Source: Leucoraja erinacea
Taxonomy: Eukaryota
Length of the DNA stretch: 45,644 nt
Assembly (NCBI RefSeq): GCF_028641065.1
Contig: NW_026576170.1
Coordinates: 124,001-169,644 of the forward strand
Direction: 5' to 3'
Made by a program: the position numbers and the translations under genes. Of this stretch, positions 11,991-24,439 are shown one piece after another. The first letter of the stretch is position 1. The number at the start of each line of letters is the position of its first letter. The notes under the pieces were generated by a model, which was given only the letters and a program-made list of their open reading frames with translations, ran no database searches and had not been told where the DNA came from.

Positions 11991-13776
11991 TGACACCAGG
12001 ACTTTATTGCAAGATCGAAGAACAACACATCATCTTCCCCCGAGGCAAGGCGCAAATTTCTGAACATAACATATGAGTCTCTAACTCTACTAAATCTCTC
12101 TTCCTCGTCATTTGGAACACAATTGGGCATTTCGACGACTGTCTTGATTATATTGTCTCTCGTGAAAACGTTCCAAACTTGAAATGTCAAATCACAACAT
12201 CGTTCGGTCCAGAGAAATAAAATATCCTGACCTATACAGTCTCTCTCGGAATTCAACCTCTCCATTCCTGGCAAAAACGTTGTCATTAATACTCTGCCAC
12301 TCCCCAGATTAATGGTATCATCGCTAACATATTGCGATCTGAACAACATTGCACGCGCGGTCACGCCAACGTCCCAGAACAGATGGTTAAACTCCACTTA
12401 TGCCCAACTGCGTGTGACTCCTGCAGTGAAATAAGCCGACACCTCAAGCTGGCTGAGGGGAAACAAATCTTAACATCCACATTCAAATTTACTCGCATTG
12501 GTTGCAAGCAAATTGTTCATGAACAAGATGGAGAAAAGGCCATGTCTCTGTGCTGTGTAACATGCAACTACCACTTACAGTGAGAGTTGGTTCAATATAC
12601 CTGCCTCTCCCGTGAAGGAGAGTTGGCGCGGCGTCCCCTTTAAATATTTACCGCCTCATTTTAGACTTTTGCCCTCTTTTAGAGACCTACATCCGAGGAA
12701 CACAGTAAAATACCACAACTGATCTTCTTGTCATATGTTAACCCTCCACAACTCCTCCAGGTTTTGTTCGCAGCAGAGGGATAAGGCTTCTGCATTAGCC
12801 AGTCCATCTCACAATTCACACTCTCCAATATTAGTACCATTCTTATGAATAGAGTTGCATACTTAAATGAATCCTAAATGCACTATTTCGAAAAATAATA
12901 TCCCTCCCCCTGTGGTGTACTGCTCTGAAGTTTTTGTCAGTGAATTGCTTAGGTCGAGTGCAGCAAACAACACTTCTTTCTTGGGTCAAGACTTTCTTCA
13001 GGACGATCTATCCCCAAACATTTACAGCCGGTGAGATTCTCCTTAACCGATTCAATCACCTTGTACATCAACATACTTGACATCTCCAACGGATCATTGA
13101 ATTGAGAAGATTTCGCTCTAATATCTGGAATAACGTCAAAACTGTTCACCTCTGTGTTTTATGAATTAACACATTTCTTTAAAGATAATCTGTTGATCAA
13201 GAACATTTCTAGCCGCTGCATATTTCCAGTCAGTTGTCACATTACACATTATATTCGCCTATTCTTTACTTCATGAAGTGGCAACAGTTGAAATACATTA
13301 ATGCTGCTGTTGTAGCTGAATTGTATACGATGTCGTCTAGAAGGTTCCCTGTGGTTTACATCATTTAGACCCTGCCCAAAAATGATTATCTTTCCTTTTG
13401 AAAGGCAGCTCCACGGATAATGCAAGATGAAATCATTAATGGGTGCATGTTAAATGAAGGGAACGGTGTCTGGAAAATGCATTGCAAATGCGACAAGTAA
13501 TATATTGTATTACATCGTAGTATGTGTGGATAAATGCTACATTACACGTGTTTTGCTGCATCTGTGTGCCACCCGTTAAAATTTAAAAATAGAATGTTCA
13601 CTCGTATTTTACAGTTCCTTAGTTCTGTTGGTGCTCAGCTGGTGCCTGAGCAGCGGGCGGTCGCATAATGAGTTTGATCGCTTTGCATCACCTGGGAGCA
13701 AACTATTTGTTCAACGGTCCACAATAAATGTCCGCGGGGAGGTGAACGCACGCAGTCCTTCAGTTTTTTCTAAGAA

Positions 13777-13784
13777 TATAAATA
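13777..13784 (+). promoter_or_regulatory. TATA box, GPCR copy 1
   Basis: TATAAATA about 80 bp upstream of the ATG, conserved in copy 2. Confidence 0.6.
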
Positions 13785-13857
13785 TAGCGCTGTTTGCCAT
13801 CTCACTTTGACTCCTATAAGTTTTGCACTGCATAACTGCGGACGGCTTGAAGGAAAA

Positions 13858-16572
13858 ATGGGTTGGAAGCGGCACTTGGAAGTTGAATATTATTATTATC
13901 CAATTCTGGCAGCAATCGGAGTACCCGGTAGGTGAATGGAACGCAGTAAGTGGGACTGAGACGTGGGATGATGTGTTGGTAAAAGCATTGTTAAAGGTAA
14001 AGTGAAAATAGTGTGCGAAACACGGGGATGCTAGACTGCATTCTTCAGGTTAGGGCTGTATTAACTAGAAAATGTTTGTTTAAGAAATGACTGCAGTTGC
14101 TGGAGAAATCGAAGCTAGACAAAAATGCTGGAGAATTAGACAGCGGGTGAAGCGGCATCTATGAAGCGAAGGAATAAGTGACGTTTCGGGTCGAGACTGA
14201 TCAGTCTGAAGAAGGGTCTCGACCCGAAACGTCACCTATTCCTTTGTTAATCTACTGGATCGTTCGTCGTTCATTGGATCTGGCACAGGTTAATTCTCTT
14301 CAGATTCAGGTTTAGGTGCATTGTTGTCATGTCTCTCCGGGAGCTGCAAAAAGCATTGGTTTGCAAGAAATCCAAATTAGATCAAATAATATTAAATATC
14401 AGTACAAACAATTCAATCTCAGTAACAGGTAGTGTAAGAGGGGAAATCGGAGTGCAGAGCGTAGTTCAAGTTTGGGAGCGCACTGCAGCGTATCACATCC
14501 ACAAAGCCCAATGTCCGCAAGGGGATAGAGGTGAAACGGCAATACCCTGGCATATGGAAGAGCGGCTCAGAAGCCTGACAACAGAGGGGAAGAATCTGTT
14601 CTGGAGTCTGGTGGTGCGAGCTTTAAGCCTTCTGTATCTTCTGCCCGACGGGTGCAGGGAGTAGAAGGAATGAGCGGGGTGAGACATGTCTCCGTTTCCA
14701 AGGGATTGTGAAGTGCAAACGCAGTCAACAGTGCGGAGTCTATTTCGTAATAACGACCCGGCATCTTCCAGAACCCTGCGCAATTTACTCTTTATAGGGC
14801 ATATATCCCCACAACAAGCTGTGATACACCCAACAGTATGCGTTCTATGCTAATCTGTCGCAGCATGTTTGAGTAATCAGAGGCAGGTCAAAGTTCCTCA
14901 GACTTCTCAGTAAAGGTGTTGGTCTGCCGCTGGCTGTCCCTTCGATGTGGTCGTCCAACAAACATCGTTGGTAATACGAGGAACTTGACGCCCTCAATCA
15001 CTTCCACTTCAGCACCGTTGTTGCTGACCGGTGATCCACCGCATTTCCTGATATCGATAACTTGCTCCTTGGCCTCGTTGATACTGACATAGAGATTGTC
15101 ATCATCTGGGAGCTTGTGGGAGCAGTCACAGCCGCATTTGGCCGCGGGGTCGTGAGTGCATGGGAGGAAGAACCCGGAACCGGATGAGACGTCTTTATGC
15201 GGCACCGTTGTAGAGAATTATTGTGGAAGGGGTGTTATAACTACTACTCACTGATTAAGGTACGTTCATTAGAACATTAGAAGCTGGTGTGCTGATCGCT
15301 AGGCTCGGGAGCTTATCAATGGGTTGGATGGGAGTAGTGTTGGGAATGGGAATCTGACTTTCGACTCCTTGCTGCCCGGCTGTTCCCGGGAAGGGTTTAG
15401 GTCCAGGACGATGGCGTCTGATGCGGACATGTTGCTGCAATATGCAGTCTGCGGTGCAACAAGTGTGGCTGGGAGACAGCTTACGCTGCCTTCGTAGACC
15501 GCTGCTACGTAATCCGCACAGCTCCTTAGCACGCACCCATGTTTGTATGTGGGACAGTTTTTTTAGAACAAATAAGCAAAGCGTACCCAAGTTTGACCCC
15601 CGCCTCCAAATGAGCATCGCGTTTCCCTTACATGTAACGACAGTTTTCTCTTTTCCAGTGAACTTGCTGGCGATTGTGATCCTGTCCTGCAGAAATTGTG
15701 GTCTCTCCAAATGCACCACTCGGTACCTGGTGGCCATGGCGACGGCGGACCTCTTGGTGATCGTCTGCGAAGTGATATTACATCGGATTGCCGACCTTTC
15801 CTGGATGTACTCTTTCCTCTTCCACTATACTGTGTGCAGGTCCATTATATTCCTCGCTCCCGCGGCCGTTGCCTGTTCTGTTTGGCTTACGGTCGCTTTC
15901 ACATTTGATCGCTTTGTGGCCATTTCCACTCAGAATCTGAGAACCAGATACTGCACCGAGAGAACCGCGCTGGTGGTTATAGTGACCCTAACTGCGTTCT
16001 TCTGTTTACTGAACGTCCCCTGGCCCTTTGCGTACAATTATTATTTCAGGGATCAGCAGGGTACACAGTGGGGCTGCCTAATAAGATATCAGTTTTATGG
16101 CCAATCCTCGTGGATAGCATTTTCCTGGACTCAACAGCTGCTAGTCCCAGTCATTCCATTTTGTTTAATTATGCTGATGAACGTGCTCACAGTCAGACGC
16201 ATTTTAGTGGCCAGTCGTGTCCGCAGAAAACTCCGCGATCTCAGTAATGAGGACCCCGAGATCGCAAACCGCAGACGGTCTGTAATTTTACTCCTTGCAA
16301 TCTCCAGCAGTTTTATGGTGCTATGGGGCACAAATGTAGTATATTTCGTTTTCTATCGAATTACGAATGCATTTCGTGCCAGGGTGTTGATGAACCGATT
16401 TCCAACATTTGAACAAACTGGAATTCTGCTACAACTGTTGAGCACCTGCACAAACACGGTAATTTACACCGTGGCCCAGAGGAGGTTCAGAGAGCATCTG
16501 CTCCAGGTACTCATGTACCCCTTCACCCTAACTGTAAGCTTAATAAAATCGAGAAAACCTGGTGTAAAATAA
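13858..16572 (+). CDS. Class A (rhodopsin-like) GPCR, GPR139/GPR142-like, copy 1; exons 13858-13927 and 15659-16572; 327 aa
   Basis: Exon 1 MGWKRHLEVEYYYYPILAAIGVP with G|gtaggt donor joins in phase to ttttccag|TG AAC (VNLLAIV). Seven hydrophobic segments, GVPVN, YLVAMATADL, FDRF, TM3/ECL2 cysteines and NTVIY are present, with no stop codons. Confidence 0.92.
14080..14247 (+). mobile_element. Penelope-like palindromic element with minimal hammerhead core in GPCR1 intron
   Basis: CTGAAGA-A-GGGTCTCGACCC-GAAACGTC at 14206-14233. Confidence 0.65.
14300..15420 (-). mobile_element. Decayed Rex1/Babar LINE in GPCR1 intron
   Basis: Frame HPAHSFYSLHPSGRRYRRLKARTTRLQNRFFPSVVRLL is typical of a Rex1 ORF C-terminus. 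Counterpart at ~30130-30900 has a ~375-bp deletion. Confidence 0.8.
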
Positions 16573-17021
16573 CATTACAAATCCCTTTGTGAGTGAGTGC
16601 AAAAACTAGGTAATGAAGGAGTTTTGTCTGAAAGCTTTCCGCATAAATTTTCAAAAACATAGCTGAGAAATACAATCTGAACCTGCGTCCCCTGCACTGG
16701 AATGCATATTTGGCCATCTATTTAACATGCGACACGGGCGCGTTGTTCAAAGTGCCTAGTGGGAAGGGCGGCCATGTGGAACGAGTGCTATGTAGTACTG
16801 TAGCAGACCTCCAATGACTCCGGAATTGAGCCTCGCCGTTAACTGTTTCCACCTTCCTTTGAATCCAGGGGCAACGTCTCCAGCACGCAATGAAAACAGA
16901 CAGAGAGTTATGGTCCTAAACATTGCATGCTCCATTACTCTACAATTCTTTGAGACGTTCCATGTTTACGCATGTAAATGCCCAGTGCACCAATGTGTTT
17001 AATACAATTCTTCCTGCAACA

Positions 17022-17532
17022 TTTTAATTCAATTCAATACAATTCAATTCAATTCAATTCAATTCAACTTTATTGTCATTGCACAGATACAAGTATGGGT
17101 ACAACGAAATGCAGTTTAGCTCCAGTCCGTAGTAATAGTGCAATATAGAAATAAAACATACAGAATAAGCAAACAATGCGGACGGAGAGACTGGAGAAAT
17201 CTATCGGCGGGACTCCGAGTTCAGCAATGTGATAGTGTTCTTGTAGAAGCTGTTCCTCGTCCTACTAGTACGAGACCCGAGGCTCCTGTACCGCCTCCCT
17301 CATGGGAGGTGGGCAAACAGTCCATGGTTAGGGTGGGAGGGGTCTTTGATGAACTTCCCGGCCCGTCTCAGACACCGTTTTCGGTGCAGGGCATCCATGG
17401 CAGGGAGCGGGGCACCGATGATATACTGAGCGGTTTTCACCACCCGTTGTAGTGCCTTCCTGTCCGCTACGGTGCAACTGCTGTACCATACCGTGAAGCA
17501 GGTTGTCAGGATGCTTTCGATGGTACAGCGGT
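17022..17532 (-). mobile_element. Rex1/Babar LINE 3' fragment with (CAATT)n tail; copy-1-specific
   Basis: YRCTIESILTTCFTVWY...ALQRVVKTAQYI. Absent at the homologous site 32517. Confidence 0.85.
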
Positions 17533-17728
17533 ACGTTAATGAGAGTTCCATTTTATATTTGTTTCTCGCACTGAATGTAATGCCCCGTTGCTTCTTACAG
17601 ATGCGTTCGGTTTTCAGTACAATTAGTAATTCAGTGCCAGATGCAGCCAAAGGTAGTGAGTGGGTGTTATTCATACAAGTTGGCATTACTAATTATATTT
17701 TTAATGCAAGCAATGAGTAACAAGCGAG

Positions 17729-17797
17729 TGTCCAGTAGAGGGCGGTAAAGTGAGTAAGTTCACCTGAGTGGTAAAGAGATGCTGAATCGATTTGCAT
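17729..17797 (+). promoter_or_regulatory. CTCF-like motif + octamer, cassette copy 1
   Basis: TGTCCAGTAGAGGGCGGTA (17729-17747) and ATTTGCAT (17790-17797). Confidence 0.45.
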
Positions 17798-18454
17798 TAA
17801 TGTCCCACCTCCATTGATGCAGCGCCGACGTTGGAGCTCTGCCTATTGGAGATTCGAGTGAGTGCTCACAGTCGGATTTATTTCCTCCAGCAGGGCAAGG
17901 AAATGTGAGAAATTCATTAATTTATTTTCTTCACCGATGGCGGCTGAGAATTGTATAGCTCCAAATTTGAGTTGAGTACTCTCTCTCCAAATCCTCCGCT
18001 CCCGACGCGGTAACGATTACATTTTTACATATTCTGATTGACATTTTCCCTCTCGAGGCCGAAAATACCTTCGCTGAACATGTTATGCTTTATTTCTCGA
18101 CATTACTGATTGAAGTTAAAAAAAAAAGCAAAAGACTGAATTGAAAACGACTAGCTTCAACTGATGATGTCACAATGGCTCGGCTAGCAGTGATCAGCTT
18201 CACTTACGTTCGGGAACGGCTTGAGTTGGGGGACCACGCCTCCTTATCAGCTACTTTCCAACTGTATCATATCTGCAGGACCTTCTCTATCTGCTTCCAG
18301 ACCCATACACTAATTTATTGCACAAACACATGTGTTACTTTTTAAGCTAGGGTGCTCAACATTTGCAAGTAAATTAACAGGCACAACCCTCGGTAACGTG
18401 CAGGAATGTTTCGCGGAACACCTCCGCTAAATTCGCATAAAACTGCATGATCTC

Positions 18455-19020
18455 CCCTTGCTAAATAGCCTACAACTTATTCTTAAACTGTGGTCCCTAG
18501 GCCTGGACCCTCTCATATCGGGAACATGGTTCCTGCCTCCAACGTGCCCAATCCCTTAATAATATTTTACGTTTCAAAAGAGCTAATCTCAGCATACCAA
18601 ATTCCAGTGTATACAAGCCCAGCCGCTCCGTTATATCCACATATGACAGTCCCGCCATCCCGGGAATTAACCTCGTGAACCTACGGTGCACTCCTTCAAT
18701 AGCAAGAATGTCGTTCCTCAAATCTGGAGACAAAAACTGCGCACAATACTCCTGGTGTGGCCTCACTAGGGCCCTGTACAACTGCAGAATGGCCTCTTTA
18801 CTACAATACCCAATTCCTCTTGTTATGAAGGCCAACGTGCAATTAGCTTTCTTCACTGCCTGCTGTACCCGCATGCTTATTTTCAGTGAGTGATCAACAA
18901 GGACACCAAGTGATACCCATCACCTTCTCAAGTGCAAAAGTTTCCCTCCCGTTCCTGTTAAACATTTCCCCTCTCACCTTTAACCTAATTCCTCTGGTTC
19001 TTGATTCTCCAACTCTGGGT
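18455..19020 (-). mobile_element. CR1 LINE fragments
   Basis: QQAVKKAN...LYRALVRPH..YCAQF. Also at 34540-35130 and, inverted, at 43110-43330. Confidence 0.85.
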
Positions 19021-19454
19021 AAAGGACAAGATACAATATACATTTACTTGTCACATGTACCAGTTGCTACAGTGAAATGTGTGGTCACCATATAACCATA
19101 CAATAAAATAAAGAACACAACACACGATAGAGTCGAACATAAAACATCCCCACACAGCAGAATACAGTTTCCCACTGTGATTCACGTGTGATTCACGTTG
19201 TCCAATCCGCTAATGACTTCATACACTCTGCCTCGTGCGCCCAAGGAACATAGGCTCAAGATATCAGAGATCCGCTGTGGACACAGGCCCTTCGTCCCAC
19301 ACAATCTGCGCTTACCATCGATCACCCCATACAGTAGCACTCTACTACAAGCTGGAAACAATTTACTATTTATAGACATTAAAAATAAACTATATTTCTG
19401 TACGTGCTTCGAGTCTGGAGGAAACCGGAGCACGTGGAGAAAACCCAGGTAGTC

Positions 19455-20280
19455 ATCAGAATCAGAATCGGAATCAGAATTATGTGTATTGTCATTTTAA
19501 AGTAGGTTCAAACGAAATTACGTTCCTGCAGACAGACCAACAACAACAAAAAACACACAATTAGCACAATTCCACACAAACATCCATTACATTGAATCTC
19601 CAAACACCTCCTCATTGTGATGGAAGGCAAAGGTCTTATCTCTTCCCTGTTCTCTGTTCTTTATTCTTGTCCCGCAGTCAAGCAGTCAAACTGCTTCATC
19701 AAGCTGATCGAAGCTTTTGATGTTCGAGACCCCGGCGGACGATGGTACGTCCCGCGTTCGTTCACGCGGTGCCGGGCGATATAAGGCCCTGCTACCGGTC
19801 GATTTAAAGCCCTTGATTCGGGCGGGAGAAGTTGCCGTTGCGGGAGCTCCGAAAAGTTGTCCCCCACAAGGGACCCGCGAGCTCCCGATGTTACCTTCCA
19901 CGGGGCCTGCAGCCGGAGCCTCCGAAGCGCCGTAGTCGGGTCGCAGCCGCGCGCCACCACAGCGCTCCGCGCGCCGATGTCGGCAGCTCCGCGATAGTGA
20001 GTCCGCAGGCTGTGCGACTGAAGCCCCAGGCCGATTCCGGTTGGAGGCCGCCTGCTGCACGATGTTAGGCCCCAACAACCACGGAGACTCGAGAGGGAAA
20101 AGGTCGAGTCCCAGAACGGGGAAGATATTTAAAAATCCCCCCTGCACCCCCCTCCCGCCCACATATACACAGCTAAAAATAACATAAAACTAAACCAAAA
20201 CATACATCTAACAAGACAAAAAGAAAGAAAGGAGAGACAGACGGCGGAGGCCATTGCCGCGAGGCGCCGCCTTCTTGTCC
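19455..20280 (-). mobile_element. GC-rich non-autonomous retroelement with (TCAGAA)n tail
   Basis: Present in all three cassette copies (35565-36365; 41735-42690 inverted). Confidence 0.6.
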
Positions 20281-20405
20281 AACCGTGAGAACTTGCAAAA
20301 TCGTTACCGACAGCTACGACACTACGCCGCCTAATTTATTCCTAGCCTGTTCAACCTATCCTTTCAGCGATGTCACTGGAGGTAGTATAGTAGAGCTATG
20401 ATCTG

Positions 20406-20832
20406 GAACATAGAAACATAGAAACATAGAAAATAGGTGCTGGAGTAGGCCATTCGGCCCTTCGAGCCTGCACCGCCAGTCGATATGATCATGGCTGATC
20501 ATCCAACTCAGTATCCTGTACCTGTCTCCTCTCTATACCCCCTGATCCTTTTAGCCACACGGGCCACATCTAACTGCATCTTAAATATAGCCAATGAACT
20601 GGCCTCAACTACCTTCTCTGGCAGAGAATTCCACAGATTCACCACTCTTTGTGTAAAAAATGATTTTCTCATCTCGGTCCTAAAAGACTTCCCTCTTATC
20701 CTTAAACTGTGACCCCTTGTTCAGGACTTCCCCAACATCGGGAATAATCTTCCTGCATCTAGCCTGTCCAACCCCTTAAGAATTTTGTAAGTTTCCATAA
20801 GATGCCCCCTCAATCTACTAAATTCTAGCGAA
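20406..20832 (-). mobile_element. CR1 3' fragment; absent from inverted copy
   Basis: (gaaacata)n tail. Empty site ctatgatctagtgaaggtg on the minus strand at ~41494-41512. Confidence 0.85.
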
Positions 20833-21670
20833 GGAACAACCTTCTAGTGAAGGTGTTGTCATGTTCCTGTTGTGGAGGAATTCCCAGACTATAGCGATGT
20901 CGAGAAGTAATTCAGTACCGGATCATTGAGCAAAAACAGTAATTACGGCATTAAGGTATTTGCACATTTGTGCAGTGGCCCATTGGGAAAGGCGCCAGCC
21001 GTATTTAAAGTGTTTAATTTTACTGCCATCACGTGAATATCCACCAGGGGATTTATTTCAGCAGTTGCTGTAGCTATGTATCTGGTGTCCAGTGATGTAT
21101 CCTGCGACACAGATGTGGATTACTCAGTATGGCCCAATGGTGAACTATCCATCTGCATTACAGCTAATCCGCCATTTGCGGTAAATAGTTTGTTTTATTG
21201 ACTTCCTATTCTTCCTGCGTCCCGGACGATTTTGCTGCTATTAGTGAAGGCCAATCACCACCTGAAATTGGAAAGTCTGTCAGGGTGTCGGTGAAGTGGA
21301 ATTGGGTAACGCAATCGTGACAATTCAGGGCCAGCCAATCCTCCATCCAGAGACACCCTCGTTTTAATAACTAAAATTGTAAAATCTGCAGTTATTAACC
21401 AGGTTATCCAGGACTGAGAGAGAATGAAACAGAACACACGTTTCAGATATCTGGTCACATGTTCTATCCCCCTGTCATAAGAGCTCTTGTAATTCTCTGC
21501 AGCTAGCGGCTAATGTTATGGAAACGGATTCCGGAGAAGCAGCTCGCAGTTGGAAACAATAAAACCACCAGGACACCTGCACACAATGAAAGCAAACCGA
21601 CAACTGAGAGAGAACAGGAAATCAGGCACATCCAACCGCATCAGCGGAGCAGAGAGCAAGACAAAGGCGA

Positions 21671-21708
21671 TGTTTTTGTAAGGGGCTTAACTTGTTTCCA
21701 TCACTGTG
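21671..21708 (-). other. RSS of V3 (22-bp spacer)
   Basis: Minus strand CACAGTG, 22 bp, ACAAAAACA. Confidence 0.95.
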
Positions 21709-22179
21709 CGCCACAGTGCGCAGTAATATACTGCAGAGTCGCTGAGATCCAGCCCTGAGATACTCAAGCTGGTGAACTTAGTCGCGGTATTGAGCTCACT
21801 AGAGAAACGAGTATCAGCGTATTGGGCCTTATCTTCATTGTTGTAGGTGTCTCTCGACATAGTAAACTCGGGCTGCATGCCTGGATATTGTCGGTACCAG
21901 AATAAAGTGTATGCTGTCCACGTGGTATCATAGTTACAGGTTAAAGTCACCGCTTCTCCTTTTGTCTTCGTCGCCGAGGGTAGTGGCTGTGTGACAGATT
22001 CTCCGTGAATAGTGACTGTAAAATAAATATATTGAGGTAGTAACAGACACCGGAGTGCCATGAGATTGCACTTATCAAGCCAAAATCTCACTGAGGAGGG
22101 CGAGGGGAACTGAAAATATTGATCCAGAATTACCTGTCAGAAACGCTCCCCACACAACACAGATGCCGATGAAACGCAT
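21709..22179 (-). CDS. TRAV/TRDV: TCR alpha/delta-type V gene (V3): leader 22134-22179, V exon 21709-22015
   Basis: 46-bp leader MRFIGICVVWGAFLT with G|gtaatt donor and ttttacag acceptor. V exon ESVTQ...VTLTCNY...FWYRQYPG...LSISGLDLSDSAVYYCALW is intact. Confidence 0.95.
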
Positions 22180-24439
22180 TTTACCCGTTCACTCTGTACT
22201 AGCTGAGTTCCAAACTTGAAGAGACACAAACTGGAGCGTTTTCTCAGTCAAAGAGCGTCAGCTGGTCTCCGGATGTTCGCTGTCACTGCGCTGTGCCCCC
22301 AGTGATGGAGTCAGAGATGTGGGTGGGCAGCGGGGTCTCAGCCAATTGAAATACACGTAGCCGGAATCCAGCTTTCCCCCCGAGAGTAGTCGCATCCGCT
22401 TGAACAAACCGTGGTTGAGGAAGGCATATTTGTTCTGGTAACCGGTAGTGAAGGTGCAAAGCCTGAGATTGTTAAGCGAAACAATAATAAGGTGTATATT
22501 CACAAATGGAATAGATCGGGTAAACTCACAGCGTCTCTTGGCCAGATTGGGGGATCGAGAAACAGAGAACATAGATTGAAGTTGAGTGGGGAGGAAGATT
22601 TAATAGAGACCAGAAGGGTAACTTTTTCATACAAAGGGGGCTTGGCGCATGGAACGCGCTGGCGGAGGTAGTAGTTAAGGCAGGTACAATAGCAACGTTT
22701 AAGAAGAACATTGAAATGTACATGAATAGAACTGATGTTGAGGGATATGGGCGAAACGCTTGCGGGTAGGACTGGTGTGGATGGAACATGTTGGCCGGTG
22801 TGGGCATGCTGGGCCGAAGGGTATGTTTCCACGCTGTAAGACTCTATGATGCCTTGATTCTAAAAAGAAAACACCACAGTATTATCGGCATCCGTCCAAA
22901 GGCGACAGGCAGTGGTCAGATGTGCAGTCGCTTCGGCCGTGTCGAGAAAAGGGAGTTATTACGATGTTTTGATGTTTGCATTGAGAAATGCACGTGGTTT
23001 CTAGATGAAGTAAATTAAACGCAAAGCCGGAAGAATGTGCAAGGAACCATTTTCCATTAGTTTTCAGTTCCACTACCCTCCATCTGCCATGTTTTGACCA
23101 ATGAAATTAATTCCTGAGGACCTCATCCCACCGATTCCACGCCAACCATCGATGACCCGATCACTTTCGTTCCATGTTATTCCACGCTTCCATCTATTCG
23201 TTACACACATGGTGCATGTTTACACAGGCCAATTCACCTAAAATAACCACACGTATTTTGGATACGGGAGGAAATCAGAGCACCTGGACGATACCGACAC
23301 GGTTGCAGCGAGACGGGAAAGCTCCACTCAGACATTACCCGAGGACAGGATTGATCCCGGATCTCTGAAGCTTTGAGGCAGCAGCTGCGCCACTGAATCG
23401 ACAAAATGTGTGATTTGTTTTTATAAAGATTGCAGCTGGGTGATTGTTGAACTTTAACCACTGCTAGCCGGCAAAATAGGTTTGTAATTTCCATGAGTTT
23501 CAGCATTATATCGAGTGGTCTAGTGATCTGCATTCTGCCCACCGACCGCTGCTGCCTGGATTCGGTTCGTGGTCAGGGAGTAGGGCGGTTTATATCTGCC
23601 TCCAGTGGAAACATTATTAGACCGCGCATCGTTCACTCTGTATAGTTTCAGCGTCGCCTCCACCACGCGAACAGTCAGCAGCTGATTAAAATTAAAATAA
23701 TGCACTTATGCAAAAAACACAAACATTATTGCTGCCAACGGCTAACAATACCATAATCCCGACAGGATCAGGCGGCCAGGGCTTTCAGATACAAATTCAT
23801 ATTGAGATTCACATTCAAAATATATCTCCAAAATCGAAGAAAATATATGCCAACAATGGCCCACAAATCATATTTTCGAATATGCTAACTATACAACGTG
23901 TTGTACGTCATGTAAACTACATGTAACATTTGCTCGAGGAATGGCGTGGATATCAGGGTAGTTGGGGAGGAGCAGCCACACATTGAGAAATCGTAACATT
24001 TGGCTGGGTCTTTACATGGAAATGGTTCCGCCTTCACAAACATCGACTATGGGAAAAACAACTGCGATTATTGTGAATTGGGGAATTATAGTACGTCATG
24101 TTTTTGAATTTCAAAATATACTGTATTCGAGAAATTAATATGTCCAATACATGATCCTTACAAAACCCCATCCGACATTCACGGAGGCTAAGCATACATC
24201 CAATACTGTTTACACAAATTACACAATTTTACCTCCCACCTAAGTGGTCACAAGTAACATTAGCAAATTTGCAGATGACACAAAGCTGGGTGACAGTGTG
24301 AACAGTGAGGAGGATGCGGTGAGAATGACTTCGACAGGTTGGGTGAGTGGGCAGATGCATGGCAGCAATTTAATGTGGGTAAATGTGAGGTTAGCCACTT
24401 AATTAATGTGAGGTTAGCCAAGTAATTCCACATCAATGC

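Larger units (their letters stand above)
12715..20310 (+). repeat. Segmental duplication, GPCR cassette copy 1
   Basis: Colinear high similarity, including non-repetitive flanks, to 28530-36400. Confidence 0.9.

Noticed and set aside
15421-15658. N-terminal 79 aa of the 383-aa ORF
   Set aside because: Intronic read-through. The true exon 1 is 13858-13927, and the equivalent region in copy 2 is not open in frame.
19661-20162. Overlapping GC-rich ORFs (also 11587-12063, 35798-36367, 41821-42396)
   Set aside because: Stop-poor repeat sequence. Frames are not conserved between cassette copies.
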